DNA of 64,000 bases from Eledone cirrhosa. Lineage: Eukaryota. Positions 10,481-23,902 of this stretch are shown one piece after another. Position numbers and translations under genes: made by a program. A model generated the notes under the pieces. It was given only the letters and a program-made list of their open reading frames with translations. It had not been told where the DNA came from and did no database searches. The stretch is from positions 40,920,001 to 40,984,000 of the forward strand of contig OZ024744.1 in the NCBI GenBank assembly GCA_964016885.1. Reading direction: 5' to 3'. Numbering within the stretch: position 1 is the stretch's first letter; every line of letters begins with the position of its first letter.

Positions 10481-13400
10481 ATACAGCTATAATGTAATGT
10501 ATAAAATATATTTAGCTAGAATGTAATATATAAAATATTCATAGCTAGAATATAATATATGAAATTTATATCGACAGTCTGTAATATATAAAATGTATAT
10601 AAACAGAATGTAATATATAACATGTAAACAGTTTCAAGATATATACAGCTAGAATGTAATATATAAGATAAATACTGACAGAATGTAATTTATAAAATAT
10701 ATACAGTTTGAATGTAATATATATGATATACACAGAGAGAATATAATATATAAAATGTATACAAACAGAATGTAATTTATAAATATATACAGACAGAATG
10801 TAATATATAAAATATATATAGTTTGAAGATATATACAGACATAATGTAATATACAAAATATATACAGACAATGTAATTTATAAAATGTATACAGACAGAA
10901 TGTAATATACAAAATATATACAGACAATGTAATTTATAAAATGTATACAGACAGAAAGTAATTTATAAAATATATACAGACAATGTAATTTATAAAATAT
11001 GTACAGGCAGAATGTAATATACAAAATATATACAAACAGAATGTAATATACAAAATATATACAAACAGAATGTAATATACAAAATATATACAGACAGAAT
11101 GTAATTTATAAAATATATACAGACAGAATGTAATATATAAAATATATATAGTTTGAAGATATATACAGACATAATGTAATATACAAAATATATACAGACA
11201 ATGTAATTTATAAAATGTATACAGACAGAATGTAATATACAAAATATATACAGACAATGTAATTTATAAAATGTATACAGACAGAAAGTAATTTATAAAA
11301 TATATACAGACAATGTAATTTATAAAATATGTACAGACAGAATGTAATATACAAAATATATACAAACAGAATGTAATATACAAAATATATACAAACAGAA
11401 TGTAATATACAAAATATATACAGACAGAATGTAATTTATAAAATATATACAGACAGAATGTAATATAAAAAATATATACAAACAGAATGTAATATACAAA
11501 ATATATACAGCTCGAAAATAATATACAAAATAATATACAAAATATATACAAACAGAATGTAATTTATAAAATATATACAGACAGAATGTAATATACAAAA
11601 TATATACAGACAGAATGTAATTTATAAAATATATACCGACAGAATGTAATTTATAAAATATATACAGACAATGTAATATACAAAATATATACAGACAGAA
11701 AGTAATTTATAAAATATATACATACAGAATGTAATATACAAAATATATACAGACAGAATGTAATTTATAAAATATATACAGACAATGTAATATACAAAAT
11801 ATATACAGACAGAAAGTAATTTATAAAATATATACATACAGAATGTAATATACAAAATATATACAGACAGAATGTAATTTATAAAATATATACAGACAAT
11901 GTAATATACAAAATATATACAGACAGAATGTAATTTATAAAATATATACAGACAGAATGTAATATATAAAATATATACAGTTTGAAGATATATACAGACA
12001 GAATGTAATATACAAAATATATACAGACAGAATGTAATTTATAAAATATATACAGACAATGTAATTTATAAAATATATACAGACAGAATGTAATATACAA
12101 AATATATACATACAGAATGTAATATACAAAATATATACAGACAGAATGTAATTTATAAAATATATACAGACAATGTAATTTATAAAATGTATACAGACAG
12201 AATGTAATATACAAAATATATACAGACAGAATGTAATATACAAAATATATACAGACAATGTAATTTATAAAATGTATACAGACAGAAAGTAATTTATAAA
12301 ATATATACAGACAATGTAATTTATAAAATATATACAGACAGAATGTAATATACAAAAATATATCAAACAGAATGTAATATACAAGATATATACAGACAGA
12401 ATGTAATTTATAAAATATATACAGACAGAATGTAATATACAAAATATATACAAACAAAATGTAATATACAAAATATATACAGCTCGAAAATAATATACAA
12501 AATAATATACAAAATATATACAAACAGAATGTAATTTATAAAATATATACAGACAGAATGTAATATACAAAATATATACAGACAGAATGTAATATACAAA
12601 CTATATACAGACAGAATGTAATATACAAAATATATACAGACAGAATGTAATTTATAAAATATATACAGACAGAATGTAATATACAAAATATATACAGACA
12701 GAATGTAATTCATAAAATATATACAGACAATGTAATATACAAAATATATACAGACAGAATGTAATTTATAAAATATATACAGACAGAATGTAATTTATAA
12801 AATATATACAGAAAATGTAATATACAAAATATATACAGACAGAATGTAATTTATAAAATATATACAGACAGAATGTAATTTATAAAATATATACAGACAA
12901 TGTAATATACAAAATATATACAGACAGAATGTAATTTATAAAATATATACAGACAGAATGTAATATACAAAATATATACAGACAGAACGTAATTTATAAA
13001 ATATATACAGACAGAATGTAATTTATAAAATATATACAGACAATGTAATATACAAAATATATACAGACAGAAAGTAATTTATAAAATATATACAGACAGA
13101 ATGTAATATACAAAATATATACCGACAGAATGTAATTTATAAAATATATACAGACAATGTAATATACAAAATATATACAGACAGAATGTAATTCATAAAA
13201 TATATACAGACAGAATGTAATTTATAAAATATATACAGAAAATGTAATATACAAAATATATACAGACAGAATGTAATTTATAAAATATATACAGACAGAA
13301 TGTACTTTATAAAATATATACAGACAATGTAATATACAAAATATATACAGACAGAAAGTAATTTATAAAATATATACAGACAGAATGTAATATACAAAAT

Positions 13401-14397
13401 ATATACAGACAGAATGTAATTCATAAAATATATACAGACAATGTAATATACAAAATATATACAGACAGAATGTAATTTATAAAATATATACAGACAGAAT
13501 GTAATTTATAAAATATATACAGAAAATGTAATATACAAAATATATACAGACAGAATGTAATTTATAAAATATATACAGACAGAATGTAATTTATAAAATA
13601 TATACAGACAATGTAATATACAAAATATATACAGACAGAATGTAATTTATAAAATATATACAGACAGAATGTAATATACAAAATATATACAGACAGAACG
13701 TAATTTATAAAATATATACAGACAGAATGTAATTTATAAAATATATACAGACAATGTAATATACAAAATATATACAGACAGAAAGTAATTTATAAAATAT
13801 ATACAGACAATGTAATATACAAAATATATACAGCAGAATGTAATTTATAAAATATATACAGAAAGAATGTAATATACAAAATATATACAGACAGAATGTA
13901 ATTTATAAAATATATACAGACAGAATGTAATATACAAAATATATACAGACAGAATGTAATTTATAAAATATATACAGAAAGAATGTAATATACAAAATAT
14001 ATACAGACAGAATGTAATTTATAAAATATATACAGACAGAATGTAATTTATAAAATATATACAGACAATGTAATTTATAAAATATATACAGACAGATGTA
14101 ATTTACAAAATATATTCAAACAGAATGTAATTTATAAAATATATTCTGTTTGAAGATATATACAGCTAGAATGTAATATATAAAATATATACAGACAGAA
14201 TGTAATTTATGTAATATAATACAGACAGAATGTAATATATAAAATGTATACAGACAGATGTAATTTATAAAATATATACAAACAGAATGTAATTTAGAAA
14301 ATATATACAGACAGAATATAATTTATATAAAATTAGGATTTTAGGGATTCAAACTCACACACACAAACAGACAGACATCTTCAGTTTTATATATATA

Positions 14398-15002
14398 CTA
14401 GCAGTGGTACCCGGCGTTGCACGGGATAAGGTATTTTGGAACGTGGGCCGCCAACAAACTTAATCGTGGAAAAACTGCATGCCTGGACAATATGTCAAGA
14501 AAATAAACCGAATATTCTGATGGCTGGATAATCTTTAAGATTTTACTCGATGAAATAGGAAAAATGCAGGTTTTCACCTAATGTGGGCCCTAGGGGATCA
14601 AGAAAATGAATTTTCTTTATATGCATAATATGCCTTGAAATTTTTGGAAAATCGGCTAGACGTAACGCCTCAAAAAAGCCCTAAAAAGCTGAAAAAATAA
14701 AGTTTTTCACCTAATGCTCACAGTATGAAGAAGAGACTGACTAATACATAGTTACAATTTCAAGGAAATCGGTCTGATGTAACGCCTCAAAAAATCCATA
14801 ACAAGCTGAAAAAAAAACGCAGTTTTTCACCTAATGCTAGGGGATCAAACATTTTAATTGTGTATGTGCATAACACTCCCTGAAATATAAGTAATACACA
14901 TGTAAAGTTTGAAAAAAATCGGTTGGGTACTTCTCCACTCCAGTTTTAGGGATTCAAACTCGCAGACACACAGACAGACATCCTCAGTTTTATATATATA
15001 GA
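14398..15002 (-). mobile_element. Non-autonomous Helitron (with a partial extra 5' end at ~14333-14397)
   Basis: The minus strand starts A|TCTATATATATAAAACTGAGGATGTCTGTCTG and ends with hairpin CCCGTGCAACGCCGGG followed by TACCACTGCTAG|T. Internal 'gtttttcacctaatg' subrepeats. Confidence 0.85.
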
Positions 15003-15060
15003 TATACAGACAGAATGTAATGTACAAAATATATACAGCTACAGTGTAATATAGATATAA

Positions 15061-15269
15061 CCCTTTAGCTTTCACATTACTCTATATATACTATTATATT
15101 TTCATGGTAAAGGCTTTATCTCACATAATATCTCACATAATATCAAATCTATGAGATTTTGAAAGTATTTATTTTGAGAACAATACCTTAACATCAGTTT
15201 GAGCGACCAGTTACAGCCAGTTTCAACAGAAAGAGGTAGAGAATTCTGGCCGGTTTGAACATTAAAGGG
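15061..15269. mobile_element. piggyBac-like MITE
   Basis: Termini CCCTTTAGCTTTCA...TGAACATTAAAGGG, flanked by ATAA on both sides (TTAA-like TSD). Confidence 0.65.
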
Positions 15270-16438
15270 ATAAACAGACAAAATGTAATTTATAAAATAT
15301 ATACTGACAAAATGTAATATATAAAATATATACAGACAGAATGTAATTTATAAAATATATACGGACAGAATGTAATATATAAAATATATACGGACAGAAT
15401 GTAATTTATAAAATATATACCGACAGAATGTAATTTATAAAATCTATACAGACAGAATGTAATATATAAAATGTATACGGACAGAATGTAATTTATAAAA
15501 TATATACGGACAGAATGTAATTTATAAAATATATACATACAGAATGTAATTTATAAAATGTATACAGACAGAATGTAATTTATAAAATATATACAGACAG
15601 AATGTAATTTATAAAATATATACAGACAGAATGTAATTTATAAAATATATACAGACAGAATGTAATTTATAAAATGTATACAGACAGAATGTAATTTATA
15701 AAATATATACAGACAGAATGTAATATATAAAATATATACTGACAGAATGTAATTTATAAAATGTATACAGACAGAATGTAATTTATAAAATGTATACATA
15801 CAGAATGTAATTTATAAAATATATACCGACAGAATGTAATTTATAAAATCTATACAGACAGAATGTAATATATAAAATGTATACGGACAGAATGTAATTT
15901 ATAAAATATATACGGACAGAATGTAATTTATAAAATATATACATACAGAATGTAATTTATAAAATGTATACAGACAGAATGTAATTTATAAAATGTATAC
16001 AGACAGAATGTAATTTATAAAATGTATACATACAGAATGTAATTTATAAAATATATACAGACAGAATGTAATTTATAAAATGTATACAGACAGAATGTAA
16101 TTTATAAAATATATACAGACAGAATGTAATATATAAAATATATACAGACAGAATGTAATTTATAAAATGTATACCGACAGAATGTAATTTATAAAATGTA
16201 TACAGACAGAAAGTAATATATAAAATATATACGGACTGCCTAAGACTATTTGTTGATCATTGTGGCTGTCATAGGTATCATCACAGTTGAACAAGCAGCT
16301 ATTAGTAAACAAAAGTTTCAGGATGTTATGAGTAACATCTGATGAACTTCTAGCTTGTGTCAAAACAGCTGCAACAGCATATTATCATTTTGGTAACTGT
16401 GGCTGGATTACAAGAAAGAATTCGATTGTGTTACATAC

Positions 16439-16528
16439 TTTGTGGATGCCAGAGGCTCTTTGAATAACTAAAGTTTCAGTGAAAATAATTGAGTCATAGA
16501 CAACAAGATTTCGTCCTTGACCACCAAA
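16439..16528 (-). other. Possible 90-nt phase-0 exon of an unidentified host gene (FGGQGRNLVVYDSIIFTETLVIQRASGIHK)
   Basis: Apparently unique sequence with acceptor ctttctatatctaacttcAG, an open frame and donor GTATGT. No homology recognised. Confidence 0.3.
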
Positions 16529-16648
16529 CTGAAGTTAGATATAGAAAGTAATTGTATTGTCTGATAGCATTAAGTGGTGCTGGTATATATTTCAAGGATT
16601 ATACAATACTGGAAAAACAAGACACACATGTATATACACACATACTAA

Positions 16649-16708
<60 letters not shown>

Positions 16709-16711
<3 letters not shown>

Positions 16712-17599
16712 GGTGCCGACGATATTTGTTCGCAAGATTACTGTCTAGGAAAAGATAACACAGTAGTTTTATTTTTTAAGATATATTTATCAAACTTGGG
16801 TCAGTTTGTCTTCATGACTTGTTCTTTCGATCTCACTCGATAAACCCGCCATTGGCTTTGATGACGGCCTCAAGGCGGCCTCGGAATCGGCTACAGGCTT
16901 TCGTCACTGTCCCCTGACTTAGGCCCCTAAAGACACTTATGATCCTGGCCTTCAGATCGTCTTTCATATTGCAGCTAGATCTGTTGGTTTCTCGTTCCAC
17001 TGCGCCCCACACAAAGAAGTCGAGGGGGTTGCAGTCAGGCAAGCTGGGAGACCAGATGTCAGGTGAAGTATGGTCGACGAAGTTCTCTGACAGCCAGGCT
17101 TGGGTCTTTCGGCTGGTATGGCAGGGCACTGAGTCTTGCTGCCACACGTACGGCCTACCTGCAGCTACCTGGTTGATCCAGGGCTTTACTACCTCGCTCA
17201 GAACGCGGATGTAGCCATCGGTGTTCAGTTTGAGGCCCTCAGGGAAGAAGTGAGGTGGCATGGCGTCACCTTGACTGCTGACGACACCTAAGACCAATGT
17301 TGTCGCTATAAACTTTGTCTGCATGACTCTGGGCATGTCTTTGGATGAGACAGCGAGCCACCTGTTGTTCTGGGAGTTGATCTTCTGGTCTTAATTGTCC
17401 CCCCGGCGCGGATTCCAAGAAGAACTCCGTGCCTCTTCCACAAATTTGGAGGTTCAAAATTATTCATAATCAATTATTTAGAAAATAAATAATGGAAATA
17501 TAGTCACTGTTTTTATGAAGACAAGAGTGACAACGGAAGTAAAAAAATGTGCATGAAATTAGCAGTTGAAAATTGCGCACAAATATCGTCCACACCCTG
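16709..17599 (-). mobile_element. Tc1/mariner DNA transposon, DD37D (maT-type), internally deleted
   Basis: TIRs CAGGGTGCCGACGATATTTGTTCGCAA / TTGCGCACAAATATCGTCCACACCCTG with TA on both sides. ORF 16833-17336 has QQDSVPCH...SLPDCNPLD, with 37 residues between the last two catalytic Asp. Confidence 0.92.
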
Positions 17600-17629
17600 T
17601 ATATATGTAACCAAATGAAAAAGATATAT

Positions 17630-18545
17630 ATGAGTTGGAGAGGTGCCTCTGCGAGACTAGTCGTAGGCAAACATCTTAGCTATAAGCTTTACTGGGTAGG
17701 TAAGGATGATGGGTTAGGAGGAGTAGGCATTTTCCTGACTGAGAGATGGATCAATAAGACAATAGAGGTAGTTCTAGTTAGTAATCGAATAATTAAGCTT
17801 AGATTAGTTGTAGGCAAGAGACTACTGACAATCATCTCTGCCTATGCTCCCAAGCAGGCCTAGGCAAAGATGAGAAAGACTGCTTTTACGAGCAACTTTT
17901 ACAAACCGCAATGACAGACATCGTTATGTTAGCAGGGGACTTCAAGGTTCATGTTGGACAGCTCCCGGATAGTTAGCATGGGGGGGGGGGGGGGTTTCCG
18001 AGGCCATAGCATCTAGAATAAGGACGGGTTTAGGGAGCTGCTTCCTCTGCTGACGAAGAAGGGTTTCTCCCTGCGTACGAAAGGCCGGTTATATGATGCC
18101 TGTGTGAGGAGTGCGATGCTGCATGGTAGTGAGACATGGAATATGCGACGGCTGGAGAGAAATGAGGCAAGCATGCTCCGTTGAATGTGCAGTGTCAATG
18201 TGCGTGAACGACCGAGCATAAACGTGTTGAGAGAGAAACTTTGTCTGAGAAGGATAGAATGTAGTGTGCGAGAGAGGGGACTGAGGTGGTATGGACATGT
18301 GATGCGCATGGAGGATGACCGATGGGTGAAGAAGTGCCAGGAAATGCCAGTTGAAGGAAGATGTGGTAGAGGAAGACCACAAAAAACATGGGCGGAGGTG
18401 GTGAGAACAGACCTCAGATCACTGAAGCTCACGGTGGAGATGACGAAGGACCGTGACCAGTGGAGAGATGCTGAATAAGACCCGTCCCACCCTTGCAAGC
18501 AGGGAAGAATGGACGTAAAATGATGATGATGATGATGATAATGAT
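17630..18545 (+). mobile_element. Internally deleted RTE-clade LINE (same family as 27580-30335)
   Basis: APE piece (WRGASAR..GGVGI..ISAYAP) joined at the poly-G ~17980-17995 to the RT C-terminus (LRWYGHVMR..GRGRPQKTW). (TGA)n tail. Confidence 0.88.
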
Positions 18546-19310
18546 ATATATAGAGAGAGAAAGAGCCATATATCACAAGAGAAACACAGAATATTGTATA
18601 TATACCAAATACATATCCCATAGAAGAATATGTATACAGCTGGAATCATAAGAGAAACTTTATAGCACTATTTCATACTCGGAAAGTGTAGCTCAAAATC
18701 AATCTATGTAATCGATCATTGAAAATGTCAATCAATATAATCGATCATCGAAGACAAACTAGCTTACCTATTGAAAAACACAAAATTCTAAACATATCAG
18801 TTATGTTTTGATTCATCATTTGTATGTAATGGCTCCAAATCTCTTAACTTGTCAAGCTTGGTGGCTATAATCATTGCTCCTATTTCTAGTCCACCATATT
18901 GATTTCTATTTGCCTTGGGTTTAATGTGATTTCACCATGTGGTCCTCACCATGTTGGTTGTGTTAAACATCTCTATGGATATTGGCAAGTATATTGTCTT
19001 ATGTACCATCTTCATTCTATATTTCTCTTAGAATGGTGAGACTAACCTCTGATGAGTAGCTGAGTCTCATGTGGTTTAATCATAATCGATAATTTGTCTT
19101 CGATGATTGATTATATTGATTGATTTTTTTCGATGATCAATTACATTGATTCATTTTGCGATACGCTCTCCAGGTATGAAATACCACTATAAAGTTTCTC
19201 TCTTATAATTCCACCTGTGTACATATTCTTCTACAGAATATGTATTTGGCATATATATAATATACTCTGTTTCTTATACAATATATGGTTCTTTCTCTCT
19301 CTCTATATAT
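18546..19310. mobile_element. MITE / foldback element with ~210-bp imperfect terminal inverted repeats
   Basis: 18546-18760 (gagagaaagagccatatat...atcatcgaagacaaa) is the diverged reverse complement of ~19090-19310. TA-rich flanks. Confidence 0.8.
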
Positions 19311-19379
19311 ACATATATATTTTTTATTTGGTTATTATGGCTTTAGATAAAGTCTATTGAGCTTGTTTATTGAGACTAG

Positions 19380-21000
19380 GCGTGTAATTCAGAAAGTCAA
19401 AGGGCCTCAGTTTTCCCGTGACTGATTTAGATCATTGGACGTTCACTCATTTTGGAATTACACTAGCTGGGAGAGAATTCCACAAGACTAATTTTCTGGA
19501 CAGGGGTTGGTCATAAAATGGGTGGTGAGTGGAGTAAAAATGAGTGAGTTGAGAGTGGGAGTGCCTGAGTGGAGGTGGCACGAACCCAGCAAGTAGAGCC
19601 CATTGTAATTGTAACAATAGAGACGGGAAAGGGAAGATAGAGTATGTCTCACATTTGAAGCAATTATGAGAGCAAGAGTGAGATTCAAAGATGTTTTCTT
19701 GAAATGAGCAGTGCTTGTGTTATTTTGTTGTTGTTGCTGTTTTTGAAAGAAACACAATTGGTGGATTGGAGGATAGCTTCTACTGAAATCAGTGCAGTCT
19801 TGGCATGAGCTGTTGAGATTGTATGTGGATGACACTTGGTTAGGGATAAATGAAGGGTGATATAGTCTGCAAAGCAGTGATCATTGTAGCATTACTGGCC
19901 AATGGGTCATTGATGTAGAGAAAAAAAGAATGGGAGTAACACCAGAGTGGCTGTGGAACAAAGAAGCAACCAGAGGTACTTTCACATATGGCCTGTATAT
20001 ATATACATATAGGTTGGTGCATCTAACATAGTGGTATGGGATACATTTGGAGGAGATTTACCAAGTATGTGTAATGTGGAGTTTGATGCAAAGTGTGCAG
20101 CAAAAGTGGAGGTTTTTTCAGCAAAAGTACTACTTAAAGACCCATCATGATTTAGGATCAGAACAAAAATGGGTTCTGTTGGTGGAGATCCTTTTAGTAA
20201 GGGACGAAAAATATTCACTACAATTTGGGAGGAGGTGGAAGAGCCTCAGATCTCTGTGATACAAGGATGCATAACACATTGTTTGAATAGTGGTTTTCCA
20301 AAAGTTGCAACACTAGGTAAAAACTGCCCAGTTTTTTGTAGGGAGGATGACTTTGTCCAGGTGTTGTAGGTGTTGTTTTTTTCTGAAATGCTGCAGAGGG
20401 ACCTGAGGTATTGGGCTTTTATTGTATGTGGGATGTGGAAGGGCATACCAAAGAGGATGGTTTTAATCACACACCTAGTTGTTTCTGACAAGTCAGGAAT
20501 AAAGCATATGTGTTATCGGGGGATAGGTGGTAAAAACTTTGTTGAAATCTGACCAACCTACAGACTTACAGTGCCATAGGTTCTGAAGAAGGGTTCATTA
20601 AATTATATGTGGGTGTTTCAAGTAGTCACAATAATGGAGTTGTCAAATAATCTGTTAGGGATAGAATTAATTGAGGTCTAGGAGAGTTTGGGTTTGGAAA
20701 GGGAAAAGAGATTTAAGGTGTTTTGAACCTGTGTGTAAAATCAGAATGCATGGGCTGAGACAAGATGGTGTACAGAGTTCAGAATTCTGAAAGTTTTGGT
20801 TTCAACACAGACAAGTGAGAGAGAGCCTTGAGGAGTTGTGAGTGTTAAAGTTAATCTAGAAGGGTGGTAACTTTGGAGAGAAATTAACAGGTGCTTATGT
20901 CCTCAATGCAGGAAGAAATATGGTTGGAAAGTTGTTAGTGGGTTGATATGTCTGGAGATCAGTAGAGGGAGCAGATATACTTGGAGAAACAGTGGAGGGA
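19380..21000 (-). mobile_element. Highly decayed LINE (CR1/Jockey-group-like) remnant
   Basis: Fragments FFLYINDP, EKTSTFAAHFASNSTL, KTILFGMPFHIP and SLSRLYCYNYNG resemble LINE ORF2 linker, RT and C-terminal motifs. Many stops. Confidence 0.5.
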
Positions 21001-22699
21001 GATTTTAATTCAGAGTAGCTGGAAGTCATTAGTCCTGAAATTCAGGTGAGATAGAAGAGTGAGAGAGTATATGGAATCTATAAATGCATAGACAATACAT
21101 TTCAAAGAGGAGTTGAGAGTAAAGTGTATAACATAGACAGCAGAGATTTGTATCTAGATGAGGAATAGGATGTGGTGTATGCATGTGAGAAAGAGATGAT
21201 ATGTTGGGTGTATGTTGAAACGAAATCCATATTGAAGAAGATGAAGAATAATGTTGAAACTAAAGCAAAAGAGAATGTTAATAAGAAAAATTAAAGATAG
21301 AGCTTTCAAAAACTCCAATCAGACTTGTTACATGGCGTGTAACTATAATCTATTCATGCGTGATTAGGTCACTGGTTGTGAGTTGCGCATGAATATCAAC
21401 TTCCACCCAAGCTCAAAGATTTTCCCACTTCTTTTGTTTACACTACACACTTGCTGCCTTTGACTCCGGGAAGTCAACAACTCACCATCAAGTAACGGTA
21501 AAATTTCACTTCGGTCTAGCCGGCTTCATATTGGAAATGTCGGTAAGCGCTCCAATAGTTAAGAAAACTAGAGCCAAACAATATGTTAAAACGCCATACA
21601 AACTGAAAAGTGGTCAAGAAGGCATTAACCACCTAAGCCAAAAAACAAATCAAGCTAAACAGGTCAAACAAAATAAATGATAAAAACAGACCTGGACCCA
21701 AGTGGAATTGATGGTAAAATCCAAATGCAGGGTTTCTATGACACCTAAATCAATAATACTGTCTGCTTAAAACTATAAACTTTCAGCATAAAGATCGAAC
21801 AAGGAATATCACGTTATCAATAGGTATTTTGCTCTGTAACCGACTTTGTGACTGACGCAGAACTTTGTAAAAGCAGATGTGTAAGTCACAGGGGGAAATT
21901 CCCCATATTTTGGCAAATGAATTCAGTATGTGTATATCATACAAAAAATTGCATAGATAGTACAAATCGAATAAGCACTCAACCGGGTAGTTTTTAAAAT
22001 AAACTTATGCAATTAATCTGTCAATAGAATTATTAACAGGTTTATATATATACATATATACATATATGTATATATATATGTATATATATATACATATATA
22101 CATATATAGATAGGACAACACACTGTTTTTCGTGGGGGTAAATTTTTTATTAATTTTCGTATTCTGAAAGATCAAAATACAACAAAAATTTTGCTCATTG
22201 GACTCCGGGGAAATGTTCTGACAAAAGCTATTGAACTACAGAAATATTCCATATATTTTTCCCAGAGCAATCTCTATTTAAATTTTACATTTTACGCTTA
22301 CTTGTCCGCCATTGCAAAATGGCCATAAATTCAAATTTTGAAAAGAGAGGAAAAGGGACAAGTGAACTATGAACTTGATACAGCTAACTGCCCCCTCCCC
22401 CCGCCACCACAATAACGTCTACACTCGCTCCCCACCACCACATAAGTCATTACACTATCTACACTAAGATGTCTGACCTGTTGACAAACCCCTAACTCCT
22501 TTGTTAAATGTGTGTGTATATATGTATGTGTGTGTATATATGTATGTATATATATACATCATAAAACATGTCTATAGAATCGCCAGATAAAATATATACC
22601 GTTTCCTCTCCCAATATGCAAAACACATATATATTTATGACTTTATATATATATATATATATGTAAACCTTTATATGTATATATATACATACATATATA

Positions 22700-23817
22700 C
22701 ACTGACGCTTGCACTGCCCTAGGATTGACTGTCAGTCTCAAGAAAACCGTCGTCATGTACCAACCTGCCCCTGGTAAACAGTACACTGAACCAAATATCT
22801 ATGTGTATGGTAAACGACTTGGAGTGGTTGATCAGTTTGTCTACCTGGGAAGCACTGTCAATCGATACGGCAACCTTGACAGCGAAATCTCACTTAGGAT
22901 TAGGAAAGCAAGTGATGCTTTCGGAAAGCTAGAAAGGCGACTCTGGGGTCGGCGAGACATATGCAGGAGGACAAAGGTAAAGGTGTACAAGGTATGTGTG
23001 CTCTCTTGTCTTCTTTATGCCTGCGAGACCTGGGTAACATATCGGCACCACCTTAGACAATTGGAGTGTTTCCATCAGATGTGTCTCAGACGGATCCATT
23101 ACGTTCACTGGAGGGACCACATCAGTGATGTCGAGATTTTGGAAAGCTCTCTGTGTGACAGTATAGAAGCTCTTGTGCTTAAGCAACGACTCCGTTGGAG
23201 TGGTCACCTTGCCAGTATGAAGGATTCTAAAATGCCAAAACAACTCTTTTATGGAGAGTTGGTTAAAGGAAAACGACCGCCACATAAACCAAAAAAAAGG
23301 TATAAGGATTCCTTGAAAGCCTCTTTGAAAGACGCTAACATCTCTGCTGATACATGGGAAAATATTGCTGCTGATCGTAATAAATGGAGAAAGAGTGTAT
23401 ATGAGGGAAAAGTTGCTTTTGAGGCATCTCGAATCGCATACGAGAAAGTAAAGCGGGATGTGAGGAAGGGCATTGCTGTTGCACTTCCAGACAGAGAGGC
23501 TCCTCCTATGGTGCTGACATGCAGCGTCTGTACGAGACTCTGCCTAAGCAAAGCTTGACTCGAAAGTCATCTTCGCAGTCATAAAGTAAGACCAGTGGTT
23601 GACTACCAGGCTGCTGTTGGAGATGCTACTCATCATGCTTGCCAAACATGTGGTAGCGAATGTAAATCAGCAGGAGGGCTCAAACGACATGCAAAAGTAC
23701 ACGAACTCCAACCACAGCCGACTATTCCCAGTGAATGTTTTGGTTGCCGACTCTGTGCAAGACATTTTAGCTGGGCTAAAAAGCCACATTCGATCGCAGC
23801 GCTGTTAGTTGCTATCG
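22700..23817 (+). mobile_element. 5'-truncated RTE-clade (BovB-like) LINE with C-terminal C2H2-type zinc fingers
   Basis: ORF 22725-23558 has KKTVVMYQP..FVYLGSTV..LLYACETW..RLRWSGHL..KKRYKDSLK. Then CSVC..HLRSH, CQTC..LKRHAKVH and CRLC..LKSHIRS. Confidence 0.9.
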
Positions 23818-23902
23818 TGTGTGTGTGTGTGTGTGTGTGTATAGATATGTTTATGTGTGCGCGTGTGTGTATATATGTATATGTATATTTTTGTTATTGT
23901 TA

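Larger units (their letters stand above)
8850..16235. repeat. AT-rich minisatellite, 29-bp unit AATGTAATTTATAAAATATATACAGACAG (26-bp variants), interrupted by a LINE, a Helitron and a MITE
   Basis: 29-bp periodicity is directly visible (e.g. 15601-15660). Degenerate 'cagctagaatgtaa' copies occur at the edges. All ORFs called here are repeat artefacts. Confidence 0.95.

Noticed and set aside
10566-15538. Many Tyr/Ile/Phe/Cys-rich ORFs on the minus strand; repeat array superficially CRISPR-like
   Set aside because: These are translations of the 29-bp minisatellite. There are no unique spacers or cas genes, and the context is eukaryotic.
19036-19070. CTGATGA inside a GAGACT/AGTCTC stem (hammerhead or C/D-box-like)
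   Set aside because: There is no downstream GAAA with stems II/III and no convincing C/D pair.
21352-21394. Hairpin attcatgcg..cgcatgaat containing 'aggtcactggttgtga', identical to the Dong-B 3'UTR stem-loop
   Set aside because: The match is only 16 nt with no flanking homology, so it cannot be distinguished from chance.
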